A DNA stretch of 64,000 nucleotides, from the NCBI GenBank assembly GCA_001949185.1, contig BDGG01000011.1:1740902-1804901 (forward strand), given 5' to 3'. This stretch comes from Ramazzottius varieornatus. Lineage: Eukaryota > Animalia > Tardigrada. A program made the position numbers and the translations under genes. Position 1 is the first letter of the stretch. Every line of letters begins with the position of its first letter. This document shows positions 50,140-62,081 of this stretch, one piece after another. The notes under the pieces were generated by a model. It searched no databases. It was not told the DNA's origin and saw only the letters and a list, made by a program, of their open reading frames with translations.

Positions 50140-51128
50140 TAATCTGACCAAGCGGTTGCCTTCGTAATGCTTCTCTTAAGCAAAAGACCAGTGACGTACT
50201 AAAGATGTTAGAAGGGTTACAGTATCAGAAGCGACACGACATCGTGCAAAGATCTCCCACGCAAATAGGGAGACAATTCAACATGACCTATGAAGATATA
50301 GTAAGTTTGTTCTTCGATATTAAATTTGAACCTCTGACGTCAGCTCAAAATGATAATTGCCTCTCAGCTTCCCTTATTGATCCTTGCATGAGAAATGGAG
50401 TCGTGCGTATATTGAACACTTTTCGTTCTTAAAGGAGATAGAGGCACAGTTTCTGGAAATGGTGGAAGAAATGGTCACCCTGAACAGCACCCCGCCGAGT
50501 AGACTGATCAACTTCGACGAAACCTCTGTAAAGCTTTAAAACACTCACAAGAAAACGCTGTCGCCGAGAGGAGCAAAAGAAGTAAACGTGTTAGATCCGA
50601 ACGGGCTAAAAGGAAACTTCACAGTGGGTTCAGCGATTGCTGCCGACGGATACAAATTCCCCGCCGTGGTTATCTTCAAGGGGAACAAGAAGACTGGGAA
50701 GCTGTCTCAGAGTATTCTTGAGAATTTGGACATCCCGGAAAACGTTGTGGTTTTTAGTACGAGTAAGTCCGGTGTTTCGCGTTTTTTTATCGAACAGCAC
50801 TTTCGGTCGGAAACAGTAAATCCAAGCACTCCGAGGTTGCAGCCTCCGGATGGTGGCAGTCTAGTCTGGATATCCAATGGGTTGAGTCCACCTTTAACGA
50901 GAACGACCAAGGAAGCTACTTGTTTAGGGACCACGCGCCGGCGCGTTTGAGTTATGAAAGCCAGGCGCTGCTGGAGAGTAAGGGAATGGAGCAAATTTTT
51001 ATTCCGAAAGGGCTGACTGGTAAGTACCAGCTACTTGATGTAGGCGTCAACTATCCATTCAAGTGTTACTTGAAGCAGTCCTGTCATCATTGGAGAGACA
51101 ACTGCACGGAAATTACCAAGAAGGGCTA

Positions 51129-51255
51129 CGAGAGAGAGGTTATTGAGTTAGCCGGCTGAAAGAACGGTTGTTGATTCAGCCGCTATTCATTAGGAGTAGG
51201 CCTTCAGAAGGCCTACTCGCCCCAGCATATGGCTAACTCAACAACCGCTCCCTCG
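51129..51255. mobile_element. 127-bp mariner-type MITE inserted in the pogo coding sequence
   Basis: TA|CGAGAGAGAGGTTATTGAGTTAGCC ... GGCTAACTCAACAACCGCTCCCTCG|TA. Removing it restores TKKGYLKKPS. Confidence 0.9.
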
Positions 51256-51774
51256 TACCTCAAAAAACCCTCACGTCAAGAATTTCTTTATTTCGTGTCT
51301 AAAGCCTGGGATAGGATCAAAACTTCCACCGTAGAAATCTCTTCTGTTGCTGCGAATGTTTTACCTGAACCCCTGTACATGTTAGCCGATGAGAACGTTG
51401 AAGATCTAAACTGTACTCTCGAATGCAGCTTTACCTCTGTGGAAGACAACTGACTTACTGAGAAAGCCCGTCTGAAAGGCAGTGTATTGTACCATGGATT
51501 TTTGAGTTGCCGAATTAAATAATTTGGGGTCCGACGGACAAAATTAACGCGTATGATGACGTGGTGCGTGAGATTCAAGACGCGTTACAGTACCTTCACA
51601 AGGTCAGAAGAAAACTCGGCGTACACAATACTCGTACAAAAGTACGTATAAAACGTAACATATACAAACCAAATACGTACGAACACTTACAAAATTTACC
51701 GCAGTGCATACAAGAAGATCAAAATTAACGGCGCATAGACACCACCTTATCGGGCCAAGCAAAGCAAAGCCCTT

Positions 51775-52010
51775 ATGGATGCCAAAAGTAAATACAAACG
51801 ATTGGCTACAAAGATGCAGAGAGTGGAGCTCGATGCCAACAGAACTGGCTATTTGCAGCCATGCTCCCATCAGAACCGCCTTTTGTTTTCAGTCCTAGTT
51901 AAGTGGCTGTCGAGCCAGTTTAATATCAGTATCCCTCGTCAACCTGTGGGAAACTGGCTCAGGAACCTCTTACTCAGTAAGAACCCGCAGTTTGTCACGA
52001 ATGAAAATAA
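51775..52010 (+). mobile_element. CENP-B N-terminal HTH remnant (Tigger-like)
   Basis: LVKWLSSQFNISIPRQPVGNWLRN resembles the first HTH of Tigger/CENP-B proteins. Frameshifted and truncated. Confidence 0.5.
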
Positions 52011-52857
52011 CGTTCGTATTTTAGTCATACTTTTTTATGGGTAACGCTTTCTTGTTCTAGTGTGATGTTCTTTCAAAACACCTTCCCCTGTTGCCACGAG
52101 CTTTTCATATTAAAATAAACTAATGTTTCTGTCGCTAAACCTCAGCCAACCGTCGGCTTCCCAGTGAAGCTGAGGGTTTTGCGAGGTAAACCCGATGTGC
52201 TGATGTCGCACCAGCACAAACCATAAAAAAATCCAGACGGTTCTGTGATTTAACCCGACGGAGAGGCGGAGATAATTTAAACTTCATTTTTGACTGGCGG
52301 TCGTGCTGTTTCCGGCTGCCTGTTAACTATCGCGAAATTTCGTCTTGAAAAATCCACAGGTTCGATTTTCTCCGACATGGTGTTTATCTCGTCCATTCTG
52401 TTCCGTAAGCCAAGCCTCGTCGGTCATTCGGGACACACAGTGCTTGGGAAGGGAGTTCGGTAGTCAGACAACGGACGGAGGGAGCACGGAGTCTGCGATG
52501 ACAAGTTTTCGCAGCTGATGCAATCGCTGCAAATTGCTCGAACGGCCCGATCATCACTGCACTATTTCCAGGGTACCGTATGCTTCCTGATGTTACTTTT
52601 CATACCAGGAACTGTCGCGAAGCCTCGCGGCGTCTGGCTTTAATAATATGGAACTGATATATGGAACTCGCTCAAGTCCTAGGTGGCAGTCGGGTCTTGG
52701 AAATGTGCTCTCCAGCGATATCGCTCCCGAATGATCGATCACTCAATCAGGTAAAAAAAACATTGTGCGAGTTGTGTCAGTTGATTTTCTATAGTTTAGG
52801 ACTGGCTGAACAGCCAGAATCCATACTGCTTCGTTACCACCAGATCTTATGGTTTCA

Positions 52858-53280
52858 GGGTTCATGCGGGCAGCCCTGTTCTCGAAGTTGCTGGAACATC
52901 GAAGTTGCTGAAACATCTCAAGTCAAGTCTGCATATCACCTGAATGTCTTCGTCGTATTTTTCCTACCTTAGGCTGCTGTTTTCCTGAGCGATATCGCTT
53001 CCTCCGTTGGATTTCCTGCATCAAGCTTTATTACGCTTCCTAGATTTCTGAATTTCTGCCTCCTTTCTTCTTTCTGTCGTTGTATACGGATGTGAGGAGC
53101 ATTGAAGTAGAAAATAATAAAAATCATCATTTTGGGTTTTGTGAGGGTTTTGGTCCCAGTAAAAACCATGAAAAATTCAGAACTTTTTTATGTTGCATTG
53201 ACAGAATTTTGACAGCAATGATCCAGTAAGTCTTTTTTCAGGTCGTAATTTAGGTTCTGACAGGTTTTCCCGCATGACCC
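52858..53280. mobile_element. Possible PIF/Harbinger-type MITE
   Basis: GGGTTCATGCGGGCAGCCCTGT versus ACAGGTTTTCCCGCATGACCC, flanked by TCA and TTA. Degenerate. Confidence 0.35.
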
Positions 53281-53342
53281 TTACTGGATCCTCGAGGATT
53301 CAAGTCTGGTCGATCAATGGTTTGCGAGGCTGTGGCATCAGG

Positions 53343-53794
53343 TAGAGGCCTGGGCCGCAGGTCAGAAAGTGCGCTCCAACTGCGCTGCGTCGAGTGCTAG
53401 TCCGCTGCACGCTTCGGTGCGCTGCCAGATTTTCCCAAAAATGGCTAGGCAGCTGTGCTGCAAGTCCAAGTTACTCCGTTGCTACTGCGCTGCAAGTCCA
53501 AGTTACTCCGTTGCTACTGCGCTGCACACCAATAAATCCAAGAAATTTAAGGTGTTGTCAGCGGATTTTGTGGCGAAGTCGGTAACAAAACAGCGCGAAA
53601 CGCGTAAAAACTCGAGTGTTTTAGGTCCAATAACCGAAATTTTTACGATTTTTACGGTTTACTGTCCAATGTTCCTGCGCGGCGTTGGATAACTGAACGC
53701 TCCACGCTGTGCAGCGCTGCACAAAATTCTCGAAACGTACGTTGCAGCAGTGATGCAGCGCAGTGCAGCGTACGCGGCCAGATCCCGGACTCTA
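53343..53794. mobile_element. Older non-autonomous hAT-like element
   Basis: TAGAG..CTCTA ends, TSD GCATCAGG/ACTTCAGG (6 of 8 match), oppositely oriented subterminal GCTGCA/TGCAGC motifs, and an internal 32-bp tandem duplication (about 53457-53520). Confidence 0.65.
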
Positions 53795-53814
53795 ACTTCA
53801 GGGTTCTGTCACTA

Positions 53815-54132
53815 CGAGGGCGAGGTTGCAAAGTTAGCCGGGTGGTGCTGGAGTTGTAAAGTTAACCACCGCTGAGGCATGCTTCGCTTGATTGACCATT
53901 TGATTGTCGACCTAGGCTATTCAGCATGGGATTCGGCCGTTTCTTAACTTGATGATGGCTCAGATCTTCTGACACCTTTCGTCGACTGCAATTGATAATG
54001 TTCAACAGCTTGAAGTGTGAGCTACAGATTTGTCGAGAAACACTTTGGAATCTGATAGAAAACGCTGCAGGAATTGGATCACTAACTTTACAACTGCAGT
54101 ATAGGCCGGCTAACTTTACAACCTCGCCCTCG
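53815..54132. mobile_element. 318-bp mariner-type MITE
   Basis: TA|CGAGGGCGAGGTTGCAAAGTTAGCCGG ... CCGGCTAACTTTACAACCTCGCCCTCG|TA (26 of 27 match). Confidence 0.9.
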
Positions 54133-54318
54133 TACCTTTTGTTCGGTTTAATCGCGACAGTAGTCTTCAGTTTTCACTTTTTAGCATAACGGCCCGGACG
54201 GCACGCCAAGTCGCCATTTTCTATCAGCGTCCACTCACTTGATCTTGCGACTTTGCTTGCTCAGCAAACCGCACAGCCAAGGTGGAACTCGAACTGAAAC
54301 TCAACGAACTTATCTCTA

Positions 54319-54635
54319 CAAGGTAAAACGTGTAAACTCAGCCGGCCTGTACCAGACTTGTAAGGTTAGCCATCCAAACTTGCCTGTTCTTTCGCACTAA
54401 TTCCCGAATGTTTATGGGCAGGTTGATAGACAAAACAACGGGTTGTCGAATGGTATGAATCGCAATCAACGTGAAGATTCACAGAATCCGGGGGATTTTC
54501 AACTCCGAAACAAAAAAACCCTATGTTAAAGAGCCTGGACCGACACTCAACTAACCAATCAAGCACTGCGCGACACAGCAGTGGCTAACTTTACAAGTCC
54601 GGTACACGCCGGCTAACTTTACACGTTTTACCTCG
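54319..54635. mobile_element. 317-bp mariner-type MITE
   Basis: TA|CAAGGTAAAACGTGTAAACTCAGCCGGCCTGTACCAGACTTGTAAGGTTAGC ... GCTAACTTTACAAGTCCGGTACACGCCGGCTAACTTTACACGTTTTACCTCG|TA. Confidence 0.85.
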
Positions 54636-55465
54636 TACAGCGATGCATGATGCGGTGAACATCTACCTGTCTCCCATTCGACTGTTCTTTCGTTTAGTCA
54701 TACTCGGTTCTCCTGTGCGTGGGTGAAATCAGAATGGCTTTACTGAAGATTACAGGTGGTACCTCGGTGGAGGCGATTGTAAAGTTCTACTGATAGCTGC
54801 AGTAAACCAAGCTCCCTGGATTACGTCCCATCAAATTTTAATTTTAAATTGTGCTGGTTACATCTCATACAGTAGTAAGCGTCATTCTGTTCTACAGGAT
54901 CGATGACCCCATGCGTTTGTACTGCCGTTTGTGGTATCGCCACCAGTGCTTCTTTGTCTGATGCGTCTTGTACCTTTGATGGATAATTATCTCGGAAACC
55001 GTTCCTGCCGTCTTGCGAGTTCTGCCTACCGCAGAAAGACTACACGCCAAAGAGACATCCAGGATTTCATGGCCAACAGCCGGGAAATTAGGCAGGATTT
55101 CGCGACGGAAAGGTTGTACAGACTACGATCCGCGTTCTTGACCAAGTCAATGATATCCTGTCGACGGCACATTCAGCATTCGGAACAAGCAGATGAATTG
55201 GAAATCGTGGTGGCAATATTGTTCCAGGTCTTTTGTAAATTCTATACCGGGCAGAGCTGCGACTAGCTGAAAACCACCCTTTCATTTCTCAATAAAAACA
55301 AGCAAAAAGTAGCAAAGACTGTAAAAAGTATGAAACGTGAATCAAATTTAAAATATCACTCAGCTGTAATGTATCCCCTGCACTGCACCGCAATATTCTC
55401 TCAAAGTAGTGGGCGTATGCAAAACGCAATTTAAAAGCATTGCTATAATGCGGAAGTAGATTTGC

Positions 55466-58400
55466 TCAATTGCCCAAAGGTGTGGTCACTTCGTCATAGT
55501 GATTGCCGTTATGTCCATTAGTGTGACCGTTGGTGGCGCCACTGTGATCGTTGCCCACCGTGCCCATGTTTGGAATGTAGTCTCGTGCCATCAGGCAGGC
55601 AAAGACCGTCATGACCATCTTCTGCTTCACTTCGACGATATCTTCGGGAAGAGCATAAATGCGAGCTCCGATCTTTCGCGCCATCGAAATGGCGTACTTG
55701 GCATTAGCCAGCTTTTCCTGTACAACAAACCCCGTTGAAGAGAACCGAGTCGCATGCTCAGATCCATTTGGAAGCTCGGCAAACAAACTTGGCAATTCGT
55801 TCTCCAAAGTGGCGCACGCCTCAAGCCAGTAACGCCGAAGACATGCGCCGCTTGGAAGAACGATCTTGTTGATTTTGTCGTCCCAAGTGGCGTACATTAT
55901 CAGTCTTGATTACTGAAGCGGGGCGCCACTTGGGAAAACGATCTTGCGAAGCACCCATTCCTCCTCCACGGTTTGGAGGAAGATTTTGTCATAGACAAGT
56001 CACTGCACCAACTCAGTTCAAAGATTTCTGGTGTACAACATTTACCTCAGTGGATGACGCGGGGTGGACTTGGCTATAATTGATCGAGCCGGGTTTGATA
56101 GCGTCGATCAAGTCAATTACAACTCGTGCATCCGCGATGGACGAATCTTGGAAGTTGCTAATGGCACTGCTTTTCCCTTCGGACTTTAGCTGTAAAAAGA
56201 GAATCACGCCATCGTGGACCCCGAAAGACAAGCGTTTGATGACGAAAGTGCTCTGCATACCTTCTTGTTGACCCATGCAATGATTTCTTTCTCCACAATG
56301 GGGTTGCCTGATCGCGCCAACTTGGTCAAGATGCTTAAGGTATAGGCGCGCATCAGCTGCCAGACAAGAGCTATGGAAAAAAGAACGAAGAATGGTAGCA
56401 GTTGTCTACAGTTAATGTGCCGTACAAATGAGTGCGAACTGAAGTGTACCCAGCGTTAAGGTTGGGTTCCTGAAACAACAAACCAGCGGTCAGTGAATAG
56501 TTCTGTATGGCATGGACAAGGTTGGTCGCCTTCTCAAGGATGGTAGACACACTTACCCGTCACTGATATCTTGACCGGCAATGCCCACCAGTGAAAAGTT
56601 CAACTGCCGACCCAGTTCCACCGCGTAGTTGCAGTTCTCGACCTGTGGGAGACAAATTTGAACGTCTACCAAAATGTGATTTTATTGAAAATGAATAATT
56701 CTGAATCAAAGTTATCGACGCACTTTTTCCATGAAGCCGCGCATCTTGTGAAAGTTCTTGACGACTTTCTTCCAATTAACAATACCGGGCTTGATAATGT
56801 CATACAGCTAAAACGCACAAAAGAAATGTCAGTTTATGTGTCCGGATGGAACGTTAAAAAGGAAGTCACAAAGTACAACTTTTGTCTGAAACAGGGCATA
56901 GTGCGTACCTGGAAAATGATAACTCCACTGGTCAAGTCTCCATACAGATAGTTGACGTATGGGTTGACGCCCATACTGTTCATCCAGTTTCGGTACGCTA
57001 CAAAGACAAAGTATGATGACTGAATAATTACCTAAAAAAATAAGGCTAAGAGCGCGACGTACTCTTCTCTTCACGGGTCTCTTCGAACGCCGCAATGTCC
57101 TCCAGTTGGATGCTACCGTCGTCTGGTTTCTCCAGTGCGGGGTGGGTGTTGAAGAGGTTAGCCACGAAAGCCACATTCAGCTTGTAGATGCCTTCCACCA
57201 CGTCCTTCGCCGTCAAGAAGTGACGACAGTTGATCTTCCCGGCGTTCTTCAACATCAGTTCAGCTCGTCGCATCATATCTTTCTCCTGTTCAATAATCAA
57301 AAGTCTGTTTGAAAAATACTAATTTCAGAATTTCCAACTGCTTGTCGACGTACACTCAAAGCGTTGAGGTCAACGTTGGCATCCTTGGGTGAAATCTGGT
57401 TCAGCAAGTGGCTGTAGATGAACGAGTCCTTGATGTCGGAAGTGAAGTTGGTGAGGCGACGGTCGACTCCAGCCTTGGCCAAGTGGTAGTTGACCCATCG
57501 CATCAGGATGGTCTCGGGTGCCATCCTCAACAGGTCTTCGATCTTCTCGTCCGGTCCCAAGAGCAGAACCAGGCCCGGGCATTGTTCGATCGTGATTTGA
57601 TTGAAGAGACCAATCTAAAGCACGAAAATGAAGCGTTCAGATTTTTCGGTTTTACAATGAAAAGAAGCGCCAAACCACAGTACGCATCCCGTCATGGACG
57701 TGCGCCCAGTGCACAACCACAGAGTTCTCCAAGTTGGTATGCAGACGCGTGTCTCCAGTAAAGTATGCTCTGATCGACATCACGCAGATACGTACACGTT
57801 TAACCGAACCCTCCTGGTGTACGTGTATGCAAGTCGCTGATGTCGACGGAACCCGGAAGTAATACCATCCTCAAAGCACTCATCGGAAGGGAATAACTTA
57901 CCCGGATGATCTGCCAAAGAAGTCCGAGGACCAAATGGGGTTTTCCTTTGTTCAAGTCATCCGCGTCGATGTTGACGATGTTACATCCGATGGATTCGGC
58001 CGAATTTAATGCCAATGTCAGGTTCTCCCTCTTGGTGTAGGCGTTGAGGTTCTTCTTGTTGATGGCACGCTCGTCAATGGTATCGGGGCATGCCAGATTG
58101 ATCGTCTTACTACAAAGAAGAAAACAGCCATACCATTAGTTATCGACGCTTCAAAGAGCTTCAATGGAGGAAAGCCTATCTCTCACAGTAAGTCTTTCAG
58201 CCGACCCGAACATTTGGGCTTGAAAGTCTTATAGATGGGATTTTGTCGGCTGGTGTAAATCACCGAAGCTGCTGCCATTTTCAATCAATGATTCAATAGA
58301 CAACACCACGGATGAACAGTAAAATTGATTGTTGAGCAGCGTCAACTGTCTTGGTGAAATGAATACTAATTTTGCGACGATGGGTAAACTTTGACACAAG

Positions 58401-61400
58401 AAGAAGCTTTCGCGGCGCGCTGGCCTTTGTTGACAAATGGAGATTGTGTTAATCCCAAAGATGACTGGGTCGCTGTTGAGTCAGGCTAGATTTCAGGGTT
58501 AATTTGCCATCCATCAGTTTTTGGGGGATATATTTAATGGGTTGAGTAGCTCGAGTGTTGTCTTAACCTGCATTATTCAGCCATCAAATTACCCAGCCTC
58601 ACACGTCGTCGTTCGGCAGCCTTCTTCCTAAATGCCAGCCTTGCCCAACCATGGCTCGCTCGCTGCCGTTGTCGGGACTAGGTCATGTTGATCTCAAGAA
58701 TTAAGTTTCCCTCAATGCAGTCTGCTCGATGGCAGCGGACCGTATCTAAGTCACCCGAGCCCGCGCCATATCGATGAAGAAGCCTCAGTGGGTTTCAGTA
58801 GCCTCCATCGCCGATAAAATTTCCACTTGCTGCATATCCATGCCATTCGACGCCTCGCATCGCCTTGCGCTTCTTCGTTCTAGAAATTTTGCCATGCGAG
58901 TTTTTCGAGGTACTCTTAAATCGTACAGAATCCTGTGTTAGGTTTTGATAGTTTTTCTGACAGACTTGCGAAACACCCTTTTTATCCAGCGGTTCATCAA
59001 GGCCTGAATATGTTCGTGTTCTCGGCTTGCATACAGTCGGCTACGTAGTACGTAGGTGTATGTATGTGTAGGTTTAATATGAGTCAAGAGGGCCTGCTAA
59101 TGTTGCTGTTGTGCATAGTGCTATTGGTTATGGAAACCACAAAGAGTAAGATGATCATTGTAGTGCTCACAGCGGCGTGGCTATCAGACGGAGATGATTA
59201 CGGTGGGGCTGCAAAGGTCCTTCACCTTCTCATCATCTGCGCTAAAGACTTCCTTCCGGCCAGGCAACACGGCCATATCACAAGCTGACAAGCGTAGCCT
59301 GACAGCTCAACTGATCTGACCAGCCTTTGCACACAAGCGCCCACTACGCCCAGTGAAAGACCACGTCACATTCTCCAAACTATATTTCAACCGGTTCTTT
59401 TAGCCCTCATAAAACACAAGTGCGATCAGAGTGTTTTGTGGTCAAAAGCTTACCATAATAAAATGCCATCTTTGACACTGTCATATAAACCGGTGCCTTC
59501 TTCGTCGATGGGCAGAAGGTGCTTCAAGTCAGGGTCGCGACCAAGATTTCTGCGGAGAACAACACACACAAACACTGGTTATTTGAGGTTTGAGCTAATC
59601 CGCAACAATATTGACAAAGTGATCACGCCACATCTGTGATGCGCTGTATTTGCACCACAAAATAAACAGTGTCGTCTTCTAATCAAGGACGAATCATGGA
59701 AGTTAACATATACTGTGGAGAATAGATTGCCTATACTCACGAATTTATCCAATCTGAAAACGCAATTTGCTCCTCAAATCTTATCTGCAAAGACAAACAA
59801 ATAAACCATTTGACTTAGTGAATTGAACTAAAAGAAAAAGGATTGATCGATTGATTGATTGTTGGGATTGGTGGAACGTACGGAATGTGTGGTGCCTTCG
59901 ACGCTGGCTTCGGACATTCCGCCGTGGGTCTTGAGGTTTTCCTTCTTGTTGATCATTGTTTTGAAGGTTGTCGACACATCTTTCGACCGCAGTTTTGAGC
60001 ACAACTGTCACAATGAAAGTAAGATGATCTTCTTCAGCGGTAAAGATGTGCAGGCGGAAACTAACCCTAGGCCCAACTTACTTCTTGGAATTCTGGGAAG
60101 GAAAGTTTGCCTTTGCCGACTGGCTGTTTGGAGTTGCGATCAAAGTCGTCGATCATCTTCCGTACTTCCCATTGGGGAATTTTGAAGCCAACAGCGTCCA
60201 GGGCGTTCTTCAGCTCGGCTACTTCGATGAAACCGTCTCCGTTCTCGTCAATCTGAAAATACCAAGTCTCTCGTCACCAAATATCGTCACAAACTGTCAA
60301 GTTGTTTCTTGTCCGTATCGGCGTCTATAGCATTTCAAAAACTGCATTTCCCCGGTCTGAGCGTGGGCTGATTGCGTTGACCGGTACCCTTGTTTCCCTT
60401 TGCAATTTTCGCAGTTTTGAATTTCAGTTTGTTCTTCTGCTCATTCGTGTGGCATTTTCGTGTGGCATTTTGTTTTGTCTGAAGGAGCAGTAGGCAGGCG
60501 AGGCTGAGAGAGTGCGAAGCGTGGAGCTCTTGAGAAGCCAAGTGATTTATCCGCTCTGCCACTTTCCACACTGACTTGTGTGAACGGCCAAATAGATGAC
60601 TTTATTATACTCTCAAATCAAAACCAGATTTGTCTCAACCGACCCAGCTGCATTTTTCTACATTTTTCATTCAGCGGCTTTTTTGATGGAGACAGCATCA
60701 GAAAGTAGCAGGTTCAGTCAGCTTTGACGCTGAGTTCACATTTGTCTGCGCACGCGGAAGTCAAATTTGTCTGGCAAATATATTAGAGTACGAAAGAATT
60801 TTATCGCCCACTTGTGCAACTGTTGGCACAATCCAGACACTTATATTCCCTTCCCTGTATTTGCCTTTTTGATATGAATATACATTCGTCAGAAAGGTGG
60901 AGCGGTACTTTGAAGGAAGGCGCAGCTGTTCGATGTACAGTGTCATGTCGAAGTAATTGCGCGTTTGATGACGAAGCGTATACTTCCCTGGAGTGAAGAC
61001 CGTGTAGTTGAGTTAGTCGGTGTTACCCTGCCCCACATTTCAGCTGACTCAACGAAAACTCGCCCGATCGATTTATGTGCATTCATACGATAATAATGCC
61101 TCAAGTGTTGCTGAATATCGGCCATCTGACCAACTAAATCATCGATCCAAATCAATAACCATGGCCAGAAAGAACTCTTGACAAATAAACAAACAATGAC
61201 ATATTTTTCCTAGTTTACGGCGCACGCCCAAAGAGCTCTAATCGAACCACCCATGCAACTTCCTCCTCGCGAAAACTGCAAATTTCATTCAGCCCAAGAC
61301 TACAACTCGAGTAGACCGTTTTTCCAAGTGGCGCACATCATCAGTATAACTAGCCAAAAGCCTGCGCCACTTGCGAACAACGATTTCAATTGCTTTGGCA

Positions 61401-62081
61401 GTGACGCACGCTCACCGTATTATTGGCTGGAAGACTGCGCCACTCACAAAGCCATCTAGTTGCTTTTGTTTGCCTGGGCTCCGAACGGCCATGTTTCATA
61501 AGCAATATCATAAAGAAGCGATGGGTACGAGTCAAATTTTTTAGAGGTTGAAAAAATTTACCACGTCGGCGATACCGGCGCAGGGGGAAAAAACAGGTGT
61601 CTGCACTATAGGAAGTGCACGCATCACCGAGCGATACTTGATTAGATATTGCTGCCGTGTTTAGCGCATCCTCTCACCTGATGGAAGCCTCTCTAGCGTA
61701 CATTACAGCCCCTGTCTACGAGCTCGGCGTTTCAACCTCATGACGAGCATCAATCACGTAACATGCTCGAGCCAGCCAGCTCTCGAGCTTCAAACAGCCG
61801 GCACGTCCGTCCAGCCATTGTTGTGGCGTAAACTGCCTAATGCATAATTATTATAGAGCGACCCTAAAGATGCTCAGGTAGACCGTACGGATGCGTTGAA
61901 TAATAACTCATTTCAATTCCAATCACGAAACAATAAACACATCATAACAATTGAGCGCGACTACCACTTCCGCCAGGTCGATCGGTCACGCATTTCACAA
62001 GCAACTTACCGTATCACATTGTTCCGACAAGGCGACAATTTCCTCTTTGGTCAACAGCAGTTGACGCTGGACCGCCGCCAT
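55466..62081 (-). CDS. fim: Plastin/fimbrin (EF-hands plus four calponin-homology domains), about 15 exons
   Basis: Exon 62081-62010 ([24 protein letters not shown]) splices to [14 protein letters not shown]. Later exons give [83 protein letters not shown] and [39 protein letters not shown]. Stop TGA at 55466. Confidence 0.97.
55801..55946. repeat. Double-hairpin intronic repeat, copy 1
   Basis: Two successive units of CCAAGTGGCGCA-N27-TGCGCCACTTGG (degenerate), each followed by AACGATCTTG. Confidence 0.75.
61321..61450. repeat. Double-hairpin intronic repeat, copy 2
   Basis: TTCCAAGTGGCGCA-N27-TGCGCCACTTGCGAA, then AGTGACGCA-N27-TGCGCCACT. Confidence 0.7.

Larger units (their letters stand above)
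47830..51453 (+). mobile_element. Degenerate pogo-family (DDE_1) transposase gene; host of two nested insertions
   Basis: The HTH part FM*ARKLGKRVQESDIRRTALLVASEMSFEAFKASGGWL (48121-48250) resumes after 50140 with LINFDETS, FTVGSAIAADGYKFPAVVIFKG, SGWW, FRDHAP, IPKGLTGKYQLLDVGVNYPFK and YLKKPSRQEFLYFVSKAWDRI. In-frame stops are present, and the termini were not defined. Confidence 0.85.

Noticed and set aside
55722-55897. N-terminal part of the 143-aa ORF 55466-55897
   Set aside because: Only the part from [11 protein letters not shown] onward is plastin; the rest is intron read-through containing the hairpin repeat.
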